Assembly: GCF_036365525.1 (NCBI RefSeq)
Contig: NW_027142279.1
Span: 806,001-870,000, forward strand
Length of the DNA stretch: 64,000 bases
Direction of reading: 5' to 3'
Source of the DNA: Heterodontus francisci
Taxonomy: Eukaryota
The translations under genes were made by a program, and so were the position numbers. A model generated the notes under the pieces. It was not told where the DNA came from, searched no databases, and was given only the letters and a program-made list of their open reading frames with translations. Of this stretch, positions 48,993-61,109 are shown one piece after another (position 1 is the stretch's first letter; the number at the start of each line of letters is the position of its first letter).

Positions 48993-49728
48993 CGATACTA
49001 CAAGCGCAGAAATAGACAGCGGTGTGAGATGGAGCGGCGTCTCTCAGTGCCAAAGTAAACAGTGTATTGCTGGCTCTGTCTGCCTTAAATGACTCGGACG
49101 TGTAATTGGTGACAGACCCTGTTCCAGCAGAATAGAACAGAGCTTCCAGTGCCCTGTCTGGTTGTTGTCTGTACCAGGACATTAATGTGTAGCCAGTATT
49201 CTTCAGCGTGCATCTGAGTGTTGTCGACTCTCCTGCGGAAAGTGATAGGATAGAGGGTGACTGTTCCACATAGGAGGCGAGTATTCCTGTTGGACGGAAC
49301 ATCGATTAGATTATTATTTCAGTCAACAATGGATTGGAGCAGAGGCTGCATTACAAGAAAGAGAGGGCTTACATTAATATATCGCCGTTCAGGACCTCAG
49401 GGCATCAGAAAGGGCTTTGCAACCAATGTAGTAACTCCCTCAGGACTGCCTCTGCGACAGTGCGGCACACCCGCAGTACTGCCTCTGCGGCAGTGCAGCA
49501 CACCCGCAGTACTGCCTCTGCGACAGTCCAGCACTCCCTCAGCCCTGACACCTGGGGTGTTAGTTTTGACTTTGAGCTCAAGTGTTCTGGAGTGAGACTC
49601 TGACACAGCAGTGTTATGGAACAGAATCACCGCTGACATTACAATACATTATTCGACACAGTTTCTGACTTTGACTTACGTGGGAAGAGTGCAGCCATCA
49701 AGATTAGACTGAGAACTTCATGCAACAT
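48993..49728 (-). CDS. TRBV: TCR V segment, family C, apparently functional (leader 49680-49728, V exon 48993-49286)
   Basis: V ends YFCACS. RSS CACAGTG(48986-48992), 23-bp spacer, GCAAAAACC(48954-48962). About 3 intronic 33-mers. Confidence 0.92.
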
Positions 49729-51776
49729 GATTTCTTCATTCGATACGAACTCGATGTGTGAACGTGTGGAGTTTTCAACAACACACTTGCAGGCAGTTTC
49801 TATATTGTATCCAATTAAATACCCAGCATCCGGTTGTCATTGTGATTGGCAGTCACTTACTGCGACACTCTGCTCCACCCCATTACTTTCCGTAGCAATG
49901 TTGTAGAATGATACAACACAGGAGGATAGGGGGAGATTGAATAGAGGTGTTCACATTTCAGAAAGGGATTTGATAGAGTACAATTCAGGGAAACAACCCT
50001 CTGGACCCAAAGAGTGTGCCCATCCCTTATTGCCCTTGAGAAGGTGGTGGTGAACCATCTTCGGGAATACCTGCTGGGCAGTTAATAGTCAACAACATTG
50101 CTGTTGGTCTGGAGGCACATATAGGCCAGACCGTGTAAGAACGGCATATTTCACTATGTTCACTATGGAGAAGGATGATGTAGGTGTAGATATCAGGGAG
50201 GGGGGTTGTGATATACTTGAACATATTTGCTTTTAAAGGGAGGAGTATCAGCTGTTTTAGAAGACTTAAAAGTGGATAAGACCGCAGCCCGGATGAGACA
50301 TATCCCAGGCTGTTATGTGAGGCAAGGGAGGAGATTTCAGGGCCTCTGACACAAATTTTCAATTCCCCTCTGGCCACAGGAGTGGTCTCAGAGGACTGGA
50401 GGACAGCGAATGTGGTACCATTATTCTAGAAGGACACTTGTGCTCTTCTGAACTCGCTGTCAGGAGGCAGGTGTCCCAGAGATGAAGTTATCTGGAGAGG
50501 GATCTCGCCTTTGAACAGTGTGAAACAGCGCTCAGATGGTTAAGGGTATCGAGCTGAGTTAGTTCCTGTTCATTGATGGGTTGTTCGCCTCTGTGTAGTG
50601 AAGGTTAGAGGGAGATTAACAAGACTGGTACCAGGGATGAGGGAGTTCAATTACTTTGGAGAGACTGGAGAAGCTGGGGGTTTCTCTCCTGAGAGCAGAG
50701 ACGTTTAATGGTTGATGTGATACAGATATTGAAGATGATAAAAGATTTTGATAGATAATTGATGACAAAACACATCATCTACTGGTCAATGTATAGAAAA
50801 TCCCGGAAATGATGGTCATTCATTATATTAGTGCAGCATGTTTAATTAGTTCATACAAAGTGTAATCACCTGAAGATAGAGTTGGATAGATAGAGAGACA
50901 GAGAGATAGATCACCAGGTAGAGAGATAGATTTATAGAGAGAGAGGTAGAGAAATAGAGAGTTGGAGGGAAAGTCAGACAGGTAGAGAAATAGCGAGCTA
51001 CATAGAGAGACAGTCACTGCCCCTGTAAAAGACAGGAATGTTAATTCGCATTCGACCATTTTACGCCGGCTTTGGAACTAGTGGTAGAGTGGGGAATAGA
51101 GAGAGAGAGGGAGCGAGAGAGATGGAGAGAGAGGGATGGAGAGAGAGGGATGGAAAGAGAGGGATGGAGAGAGAGGGATGGAGAGAGGGAGCGACAGAAA
51201 GTTATTGATAAGTCACGAACTCATTGAAGGGCGGAGTGTTTTCGAGGTGATGAAAGTTCTCCTTGTGTTCCCAGGTCACTGTTAAACTGTGTTCCAGACT
51301 CTGATGTTTATCATGGTCCAACAGCGCACTCTGCTGTCCCTTTGGAGAAAGAAAACGCAGTGAAATAAAACCACACCGTATCTATCTTTCTGTCTATCTG
51401 ACTGTCTGCCTGTCTGTTTTTATCTGATCTTCATTTCAGATATTGAAATCTTTAATAATCTCTCTAAGACCGCTGAAAGTTTACTCTTGTCTTCTCCTTT
51501 CTGGAGAAATAATCCCCCGATGTTCAAACTTTCTTGATAACTTTAACCTCTGTGTTCTGATATCATTCCTGTCAAGTCTGTTTCACAATTCCCCTGTGTT
51601 TCTATATTTAACCTCTCAATTTCTATTTAAATCCGCCCTGTCTTCTTGTGAAAAACATGTTCCCAATGATAAAAACACCCAACAGGACGCAACACCGCCT
51701 GGTTTTATCTGAAACATGTATTTCCTGCTGCCTTTGGGGGTTTTGTTGAAATGCTCCATCGCTCTGAGTCACTGTG

Positions 51777-52232
51777 AAGACTCCAGGCACAGAAATACAC
51801 GGCCGAGTGATTCTCCCACAGGCTGGAGGTCTCCAGGTTGAACTCGTACTCATTCAGTCTCTCAGCGGTGAAACCATCCACCGTCCCCTCTGGATCCACA
51901 TAGTTAGCAATACTGGAGTAAAACATCAACAGCGGCTCCTTCCCCGGCTCTTGTCTGTACCAGTACATGTAGATGTTACTGCTGCTCCCCTCCACAGTGC
52001 ACCTCAGTTCCACTCCTTTCCCGGGAAATCTGGAGACAGCGGCGGGAGTCTGGTGGATAGTCTGTGAGTTCACATCTGGGAGAGAGATGGAGAGAGGAGG
52101 AGATCAGTAAACAGGGAGCATCTGGGAATGAAAGGGAGACAGGGAGAGGAGAGGAAGGTTATTAACGATAATCTTTGTATTTCACACTCACTTACAATGA
52201 AACAGGATTATCAGACACAGTAACAGATACAT
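51777..52232 (-). CDS. TRBV: TCR V segment, family D, apparently functional (leader 52196-52232, V exon 51777-52075)
   Basis: Open to YFCAWS. RSS CACAGTG(51770-51776), 23-bp spacer, ACAAAACCC(51738-51746). Confidence 0.92.
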
Positions 52233-52819
52233 CTTTCACTTCAACTTGTTCTGTTAATGGACACAGGAGTGACAGCAGGAGCTTAGAGTCTTGTGAAGGT
52301 CCAAATCCACTCTTTACAAATCATTGGGAGGAACATGAAGAGCATTAGGAAGTGATACAATGATGGAGACGCCCATTCCCCCAATTCAACAAATGAGAAT
52401 TGAATTGGCTGCCAATCTGCTTATTTTTTAAGCAATTAGGCACTAATAGTGGCAGAAATCCTGCAAAGCTTTTTAGGTCCCAACTGTTGCACAGCTGTGT
52501 TTTTTACAGTGAATGATTAATATGATGGTTGTAGGGTTACTAATTCAGCAAATTACTGACGAGATTAAATGATTGATTCCTGATAGTTACATTCTGAGAT
52601 CTCGTTACATCCTTATTAATCGTTCATTGCACCCTCGGCAGTACCTGTAAATCTAGTGTGTCACTCCAATCATAACTCAACTCTTTTTATTGTAACAAAC
52701 ACTTTCACTCTGCATAAGGAAACAACAGGTAGAGGCACCAAACGGTTTTACCCTCCACAGGTGTTTCCTGCTGCCTTTAGGGTTTTTGTTGAACTGCTCC
52801 ATCTCTCTGAGTCACTGTG

Positions 52820-53304
52820 ATCTCTCCAGGCACAGAAATACACGGCCGAGTGATTCTCCCGCAGGCTGGAGGACTGCAGGTTGAACTCGGAGTCAGTCGG
52901 TCTCTCGGCGGTGAAACCATCCAGTGTCCCCTCTGAGTTCACCCTTTGTGCAGTTAGGGAGTAAAACATCAGCTGTGGCTCCTTCCCCGGGTATTGTCTG
53001 TACCAGTACATGTAAGGGTTACTGGTGCCATCCACGGTGCATTTCAGCTTCACCTGCTCCTCAGAAAATTTGGAGACAGAGGCGGGAGTCTGGTGGATAG
53101 TCTGTGAGTTCACATCTGGGAAAGAGACAGGGAGAGGAGGAGATCAATAAACAGGGAAATTCAGTCCAGTGGGTAGAGAGAAAGAGAGAGTAGGAGAGAA
53201 CGAAATAAATAAAACCATATCCTAAAGAAATGTTAAGTAGAATTATTGTTTCAATAAAATCCCTTACGGTGAAACAGGGTGATCAGAGTCAGTAACAGAT
53301 ACAT
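52820..53304 (-). CDS. TRBV: TCR V segment, family D, apparently functional (leader 53268-53304, V exon 52820-53115)
   Basis: SQTIHQTP..CTVDGTSNPYMYWYRQ..YFCAWR. Consensus RSS CACAGTG(52813-52819), 23-bp spacer, ACAAAAACC(52781-52789). Confidence 0.93.
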
Positions 53305-55108
53305 CTTTTACTTGAAGCTGCCTTCTGAATCTGCAAAGGGGAGAGAGCAGGAGTGATGAGTGTTTTCAATAACCAACCCACTCTTTACAAATCATTGGGA
53401 GGAACAGGGAGAGCATTATGAAGTGATGCAGAGATGGTGACGTTCATTTCCCACATCAACAAATGAGAATCGAGTTGGTTGCCAATGTCCCACTTTCTCT
53501 CTCTCTCTCTGTCTCTCCCTGTCCTTTACTTGTGATGCTCCTTTCTTCCTCTCTGTCTCTCTTCTATGCCTCCCTATATGTCTCAGTCTGTTTATTTCAG
53601 TCTCTCTCTCACAGATACACACACATTAGGTCTCTCTCTCTCTCTTTGTTTGTCTCTCTGTCTCTCTCGCTGTGTGTGTGTCTCTCTCTCTCTTCTCTCT
53701 CTCTAAGGATGTGGATTTCCTTCTCCTGGTCATGTATATCAACCTGGAGGACTGTATGTTCTCTCACTGTTTCAGTTTTCCTGTGAACTCCTTCTCAAAA
53801 GCCATTGTACATCACATGGTCCTAGAGCTTCCTCAGCTGTCCCTGTGGTCAAAACATAAACAGTGTCAGTCTATAACGGCCCCAGTCCTTTTATTGTTAT
53901 TCTTTCCTGATAGTTACAATCCTGAGATCACGGGATATTCTTATTCAATGAGTTGGAAGATGAATGGGCACGGATACAAAGCTGTGCATGTGTGTGCGTG
54001 TGTTTTTCACTCGCTCTGTCTTTAGTTCACTGTCTCCCTCTGTTTTAGTGCTTACTGTCTTTCTCTCCCTGTCTCATTCTGTGTGTGTGTGTGTCTGTCA
54101 CCCAATCTGTCTCACTCTCTTCCTCTGTGTTTTTTTTGCTTTTCTCTCGCACTTCCTTCTTCCCCCTCTCTGTCCTCCTCTCTCTCCTCTGTCTGTCTCT
54201 ATGTCTCAGTCGCTTTCCCTCAGTCGCTTTCTCTCAGTCTCTCTCTCTCAGTCTCTCTCTCTCAGTCTCTCTAACGCTCTCTCTCTCTGTCCCTCTCTCA
54301 CTCTCTGTCTCGCTCTGTCTCTCAGTCTCTCTCTCTGTCTCTCTGTCTCAGTGTCTCTGTCTCAGTCTCTTCCTCTGTGTTTTTTGTTTTCCCTCTCGCT
54401 CTTTCTTGTTCCCCCTCTCTGTCCTCCTCGCTCTCCTCTCTCTTCTCCTCTCTGTCTCAATCTCTCTTTCTCAGTCTCTCTCTCAGTCTCTCTCTGTCTC
54501 AGGCTCAGTCTCTCTGTCTCTTTGTCTCAGTCTATCTGTCCCAGTCTCTGTCTCTCTGTCTCAGTCTCTCTGTCGCTGTCAGTTTTCCTCTCAATCTTGT
54601 TCTATCCCTCTCTCACACACTCGGTCTCCTTCTCTTTGTCTCTCTCGTTGAGTGTGTGTGTATCCCTCTCGAAGGTGATGAATGTGCTTCTCCTGTCAAT
54701 GTGTATGAAGCTCGAGGGCTGTATGATCTCTGCCTCTTTCTGTTTTCCTATTAAATGTTTGCCAGGCCATTGTGTATTCATGGTCCTAGAGCACCCTCTG
54801 TTAACCCTACAGAGGAGGAAAACTCAGTGTCAATGCAGAAGAACTCAAGTCGTTTTATAATTGATCTTTCCTGATAGTTAGAACCTCAGATCTCGTGTTA
54901 TCCTTGTCAATTGTTCTTAGCACATTCTCTACTACCTGTATATCTAATCTCTCACTACCACTCTGACCCATCTCTTCTTGTTATCATAAACACTTTCGCT
55001 CTGCAAAACAAAAGAAATTCGAGGCTTCGGGCAGTTTTACCCTCCACAGGTGTTTCCTGCTGCCTTTGGGGTTTTTGTTGAACTGCTCCAACTCTCTGAG
55101 TCACTGTA

Positions 55109-55585
55109 ATCTCTCCAGGTACAGAAATACACTGCCGTGTGATTCTTCCGCAGGCTGGAGGGCTCCAGATTGAACTGGGAGCTAGTCAGTCTCTCGGCGG
55201 TGAAACCGTCCACCGCCTTCTCCGGATTTATGTGATCAGTACCTGTGGAGTAAAACATAAACTGTGGCTCCTTCCCCGGGTATTGTCTGTACCAGAACAT
55301 GTCAGGGTTACTGCTGCCCTGCACGGTGCATTTCAGCTTCACCTGCTGCTCAGAAAATTTGGAGACAGCGGCGGGAGTCTGGTGGATAGTCTGTGTGTTC
55401 ACATCTGGGAAAGAGACATGGAGAGGAGGAGATCAGTAAACAGGGAACTTCAGTCCAGTGGGAGAGAGAAAGAGAGAAATAAATAAATAAAAACATCACC
55501 TAAAGAAATGTTAAGTAGAATTATTGTTTCAATAAAATGCCTTACGGTGAAACAGGTTGATCAGAGTCAGTAACGGATACATCAT
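55109..55585 (-). CDS. TRBV: Family-D V, open frame with defective heptamer TACAGTG; same protein as 28530-29006
   Basis: Leader 55546-55582/55585; V exon 55109-55404; heptamer 55102-55108; nonamer 55070-55078. Confidence 0.85.
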
Positions 55586-57049
55586 TTACTTTAAGCTGCC
55601 CTCTGAATCAGCAAAGGGGAGAGAGCAGGAGCGATGAGTGTTGTCAATAACCAACCCACTCTTTACAAATCATTGGGAGGAACAGGAAGGGCATTAGGAA
55701 GTGATGCAGAGATGGTGACGCCCAGGTAAACAAGTCAGAGTGGAGTAGGTTGACAATGTCTCTCTCTCTCTCTCTATTTGCATATATCCAGCTTTATGTC
55801 TACAACTCTTTCACTCTCTTTCTCTCTCTGTATCTGTGTGTGTTTGTGTGTGTGTGCATCTTTCTGTCTCTGTCTCCCTCTGTCCCGTTCATTTCCACTG
55901 AGCTTTTCCTCACGACGTCTCCCTGATTCACCCTCTCTGTCTCTATGTTTCATCACCGGATTGATTGAGAACCAGAGGTCATTTATTGAAGGTAATTGGC
56001 AGAAGATCCAAAGGTGAACTGAGGAAACGTTTTGACACAGTGAATGGTTAGGATCTGGAATGCACTACCTGAGAGTGCGGGGGAGGCAGATTCAATCGTG
56101 GCTTTCAAAAGGAATTTTGAATAATTATGTGTAAGGAAAATGTGCAGTGTTATGTAGAAAGGGCAGGGGGAGTGGGACCAGCTGCAGAGACCAAATACAG
56201 CAACAGGCTAACAGCATTGTGGAACATCCTGCATTCAGGCTGCAAGTGTGACCCTGAGATTCTGGTTAGCGGATACTTTTAATTCTCATTCCCACTCCCA
56301 CCCTGACCTCTCTGTCCTCGACCTCCTTCTCTGCTCCAGTGAAGCTCAACAGAAACTCGAAGAAAAGCACCTCATCTTTCAATTGGATTCTTTACAGCTT
56401 TCTGGGCTCAACAGTGAGTTAAACAATTTCTGATCATAACCACTGCTCCAGTTTATATGGGCAGAGGTTTGTTGGTAATGATTGTGTTTCTGCCATTTCC
56501 ATCTCCACTAGACCCATCTCTTGTTCTTTACTTGACCCATTAACATCCCCTTTGTCTTGCACCAGCCTTAGTTTTGTTATTAAATCTCTCCTGCATTCCT
56601 CCGATTCTCCCTCTCCCTGGCTTTGTGCTGCTTAAAAGTTGATAGACCTCTAAATCCTTCCAGTTCTGCTGAATGATCTAGGACCTGATATGTTAATTTT
56701 TCCCCCTCCACAGAGGCTGTCTGACCTGATTAGTATTTCCATCCTTATTTATTTATAACCCAGAAACGCAATGAGCACCAATATAGTGACAGAGCCCCAA
56801 GAACCTAAACCATCCAGCATCTGCGGTATCTTGTGTTCAGTTCACCAGACTGTAACCGGGATGTAGTTCTTTAATTATCAGGAGAGGTTCATAGACAAGT
56901 TTCAAAGTCCCTATTGAAACATCATCAATAATCTGATACTTTTCACGGTCCTACACCGCCCTCTGCTGTCCCTTTGGATAAAGACAACACAGTCAGTGAA
57001 TAAAACACAACAGTGTCTGTATATCTATTTACCTATCTGTCTCTGTTCC

Positions 57050-57517
57050 NNNNNNNNNNNNNNNNNNNNNNNNNNNNNNNNNNNNNNNNNNNNNNNNNNN
57101 NNNNNNNNNNNNNNNNNNNNNNNNNNNNNNNNNNNNNNNNNNNNNNNNNNNNNNNNNNNNNNNNNNNNNNNNNNNNNNNNNNNNNNNNNNNNNNNNNNNN
57201 NNNNNNNNNNNNNNNNNNNNNTACCTATCGACCTAACTACCTATCTACCTATCTNNNNNNNNNNNNNNNNNNNNNNNNNNNNNNNNNNNNNNNNNNNNNN
57301 NNNNNNNNNNNNNNNNNNNNNNNNNNNNNNNNNNNNNNNNNNNNNNNNNNNNNNNNNNNNNNNNNNNNNNNNNNNNNNNNNNNNNNNNNNNNNNNNNNNN
57401 NNNNNNNNNNNNNNNNNNNNNNNNNNNNNNNNNNNNNNNNNNNNNNNNNNNNNNNNNNNNNNNNNNNNNNNNNNNNNNNNNNNNNNNNNNNNNNNNNNNN
57501 NNNNNNNNNNNNNNNNN
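57050..57517. other. Assembly gaps (57050-57221 and 57255-57517; another at 34891-35019)
   Basis: N runs at positions where paralogs carry TCTA microsatellites. Confidence 0.95.
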
Positions 57518-57853
57518 CATGAAACCCTTTCATAATCTCTCTATGAACTCTAAAGTTTCATCCTGAAGTCTTCTCGTTTCTGGAGAAACGATCCCCCAGC
57601 CTGTTCAGACTTCCTTGATCGTTATAACTTCTCAGTACCGGTATCATTCCTCTAAATTGTATCTCACAATTTTCCACTGTCTCTGAATCTAATTTCTTTC
57701 TATTTCAATCCGCTCTGTCTTCTTGTGAAAAACATGTTCCCATTGATAAAAACACCCAACAGGGTGCAGCACCGCCTGGTTTTATCTGAAACAGGTGTTT
57801 CCTGTTGCCTTTGGGGTTTTTATTGAACTGCTCCATCTCTCTGAGTCACTGTT

Positions 57854-58306
57854 AGGACTCCAGGCACAGAAATACACCGCAGAGTGATTCTCCTGCAGGC
57901 TGGAAGACTCCAGGTTGAACTGGTAGTCAGTCGGTCTCTCGGCTGTGAAACCGTCCACCATCCCCTCTGGATCCACATAGTTAGCAGTATTGGAATAAAA
58001 CATCAACAGTGGCTCCTTCCCCGGGTATTGTCTGTACCAGTACATTCTAGCAGTACTGGTGCCCTCCACAGTGCACCTCAGTTCCACTGCCTCTCCACGC
58101 AATCTGGAGACAGCGGCTGGAATCTGGTGGATCGTCTGTGAGTTCACATCTGGGAGAGAGATGGAGAGAGGAGGAGATCAGTAAACAGGGAACTTCTAGG
58201 AATGAAAGGGAGACAGGGAGAGGAGAGGAAGGTTATTAAAGATAGTTTTTGTATTTCACACTCACTTACAGTGAAACAGGATTATCAGACCCAGTAACTG
58301 ATACAT
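57854..58306 (-). CDS. TRBV: Family-D V, open frame but defective heptamer (AACAGTG)
   Basis: Leader 58270-58306; V exon 57854-58149 open to YFCAWS. Heptamer AACAGTG(57847-57853), 23-bp spacer, ATAAAAACC(57815-57823). Confidence 0.85.
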
Positions 58307-59392
58307 CTTTCACTATAACCTGTTCTCTTAATAGACACAGGAGTGAGAGCAGGAGCTTAGAGTCTTGTGAGGGTCCAAATCCACTCTTGACAAATCATTC
58401 GGAGGAACATGAAGAGCATTAGGAAGTGATACAATGTTGGTGACGCCCATTCCCCCAGGTCAACAAATCAGAATTGAATTGGTTGCCAATCTCCTTCTCT
58501 CTCTCTGTCTCTCTCTCTCTCTATCTCAGTTTACCTTCCGCTCTCTTGCGCTCTCTCTCTGTCTCTCCTCATGTGTCTCGGGTTATGTCTCCCACTCTCT
58601 TCCTTTCTCAGACTCTCTCTCCCTCTCTATCTCAGTCTATCTTCACTCACTTTCTCTCTCTGACTCTCCCTCTCCACTCATGTATCTCGGGTCATGTCTC
58701 CCACTCTCTCATTCTCTCTGACTCTCCTTCTCTCTTACTCTTACTATCTCTTTAGTTCTTTCTCTGTCTCTCTCGAGATCTATTTCCCTATCTGCCGCAG
58801 GCTCTTTATCTCAGTCTCTCTTTCTCTCTCTCTCTCTCTCTGTCCCTCTCTCCCTCTGTCTCTCATTATGTGTCTCTTGCTGTCTCGCTGTCTTTGACTC
58901 CAGCTCTGTCTCCCTCTTTGTCTCAGTCTCTTTAACACTGTCTGCCGTTTTTCCTCTCTCTCACTAGATCTCTCTCTCACACACGCACTCTTTCTCTCTC
59001 TAATGAAGTGGGTGTCCTTGTCCTGTTGATGTATGTCAAGCTGGATCTACATGGATCTCCTGCTCTTTCAATTTTCTCACTAAATTCTTCTCAAAGCTAT
59101 TGTCCGTTCCATGGTCCTGGATCCCCCTCTGCTGTCCCTGTGGAGAAGGTAAACACAGGGTCATAAAAACCCAGATTATTGTCATTGATTCCTGATAGTT
59201 ACATTCTGAGATCTCGTGACATCCTTATTAATCGTTCATTGCACCCTCGGCAGCACCTGTAAATCTAGTGTGTCACTACAATCATAACTCAACTCTTTTT
59301 ATTGCAATAAACACTGTCACTCTGCATGAGGGAACAGTAGGTCGAGGCACTGAGCAATTTTATCTGAAACAGGTGTTTCCTGCTGCCTTTGG

Positions 59393-59518
59393 GGTTGTTG
59401 TTGAACGGCTCCATCTCTCTGAGTCACTGTGATCTCTCCAGGCACAGAAATACACGGCTGAGTGATTATCCCGCAGGCTGGAGGTCTCCAGTTTGAAGTC
59501 GTATTTATTTAGTCTTTG
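59393..59518 (-). pseudogene. 5'-truncated family-D V relic (FR3 end plus RSS)
   Basis: RLNKYDFKLETSSLRDNHSAVYFCAWRD, then CACAGTG(59425-59431), 23-bp spacer, ACAACAACC(59393-59401). The upstream part is replaced by CR1 sequence. Confidence 0.85.
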
Positions 59519-59519
59519 G

Positions 59520-60480
59520 GAGTAGATAGAGAAAAACTATTTCCGCTGGTTTGGGAATCTAGGACTAAGAGGCCAAGACTAAAAATTAGAGCCAGACCTT
59601 TCAGGAGTGAAATTAGGAAACACTTTTACACACAATGGGTGGAGAGGTTTGAACTCTCTTCTGCTAACGGAAATTGATGCTGAATCAATTGTTAATTTGA
59701 AATCGGAGATGGATAGGTTTTTGTGATCCAAAATAAATATTAAGGGATATGGGGCAAAGGCGGGAATATGGAGTTAGATCATAGATCAGCCATGGTCTCA
59801 TTGAATGGTGGTACAGAATTGAGGGCCTGAATGGCCCCTTCCTGTTCCTGCCTTTGTCTTAGCAGTTTCTGCTGGCATTGAATTCTGTATTTTGGGTAAA
59901 GAATTCTCCTCAACTCCTTATCGGATTTCAGTTTTTCTCAGCGTTTATTCTCTGTTTTATTCCTATCCTCTTCGTCCCCTAGTCTTTGTACAATCAGCTA
60001 ATGGGAACAGTTTTTCTTTGTCTACTTTATCTAAACCTCTCTTCATTTTGTACACTTCTGTCAAATCTCCCCTCAATTTCCTTTGCTCCAAGGAGAACAA
60101 CCCCAGCTTCACCAAACTAACCATGTAGCTAAAATCTCTCATCCCTGGAACCATCCCGGTAAATCTCCTCTGCACCCTTTCAAGGACCCTACATACTTCC
60201 TAAAGTGTGGTGACCAGAACCTGGCTCAGTACTCAAGTTGGGGCCTAACCAGAACCTCATATATGTTGAGCACAACCACCCTGCTTTTGTACTTTATACC
60301 TCTGTTCATGAATCCCAAGATCCCATAAGCTTCGTGAACCTCTCTCTCCATATGTCCTGCCACCTTCAAAGATCTATGCACATTAACCCCCAGGTCCCTC
60401 TGCCCTTGAACACTCTTCAGGCCTGTGTCATTAAGTCTGTATTTCCTCTCTGTCTCCCTTCTTCCAAAATGCATCACCTG
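59520..60480. mobile_element. Cluster of CR1 LINE 3' fragments (+ at 59520-59850; - at ~59890-60480)
   Basis: QRRFTGMVPGMRDFSY..LGLFSLEQRKLRGDL and YEVLVRPQLEY motifs. Confidence 0.8.
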
Positions 60481-61109
60481 ATAGCAATGTAGTTCACTGT
60501 TAACTGCCTCTGAAATGGGCGAGCAAGTTAAGGGCAATTCGGCACAGGTAATGAATGCTGACCTTGTCAGTGATGTGCACATCCCTGAATGTGTTTCTTT
60601 ATATGAAATTCCTCCTTCTCCATTTTTCTTTCACTGTTTACTGACTTTGCTTCCCCTCTTTACTTCCTTCAGATCATCTGTTTTAGTATATCACAAGTGT
60701 TTGCTCAAACCAGTCACTATGAACGTGCAGACTTGGGGAAATCCAGTTGTCTATTTTGTGTGGAATGGTTATGATTCTAATCTGTTTCAGTGTTAGTGGA
60801 ATTGACTATTTGGTAGATTGGTCAAGTCACTGCTGCTTTGCTTGCTCAGTCTTTCCAGAAGCGAGTGGGACTCAGGCTGCGGTGGAGCTCCATCCCCATC
60901 TCGTGGCTGCAATGTGTAACTACAGGCACCTGAGATTTGCACAGTGCAATTGATAAAATAGGCATTATGAAGACATGCTTTGAAATTGCTCCGTCTTCCC
61001 ATTTTTTATCCATTGCTGCAGTTGGTGACGCTGGTGACATCGAATTAGATAGAATTTGCAGCACAGATTCAGGCTATTCGGCCCGATGGGTCCATGTTCC
61101 AGACTAGGC

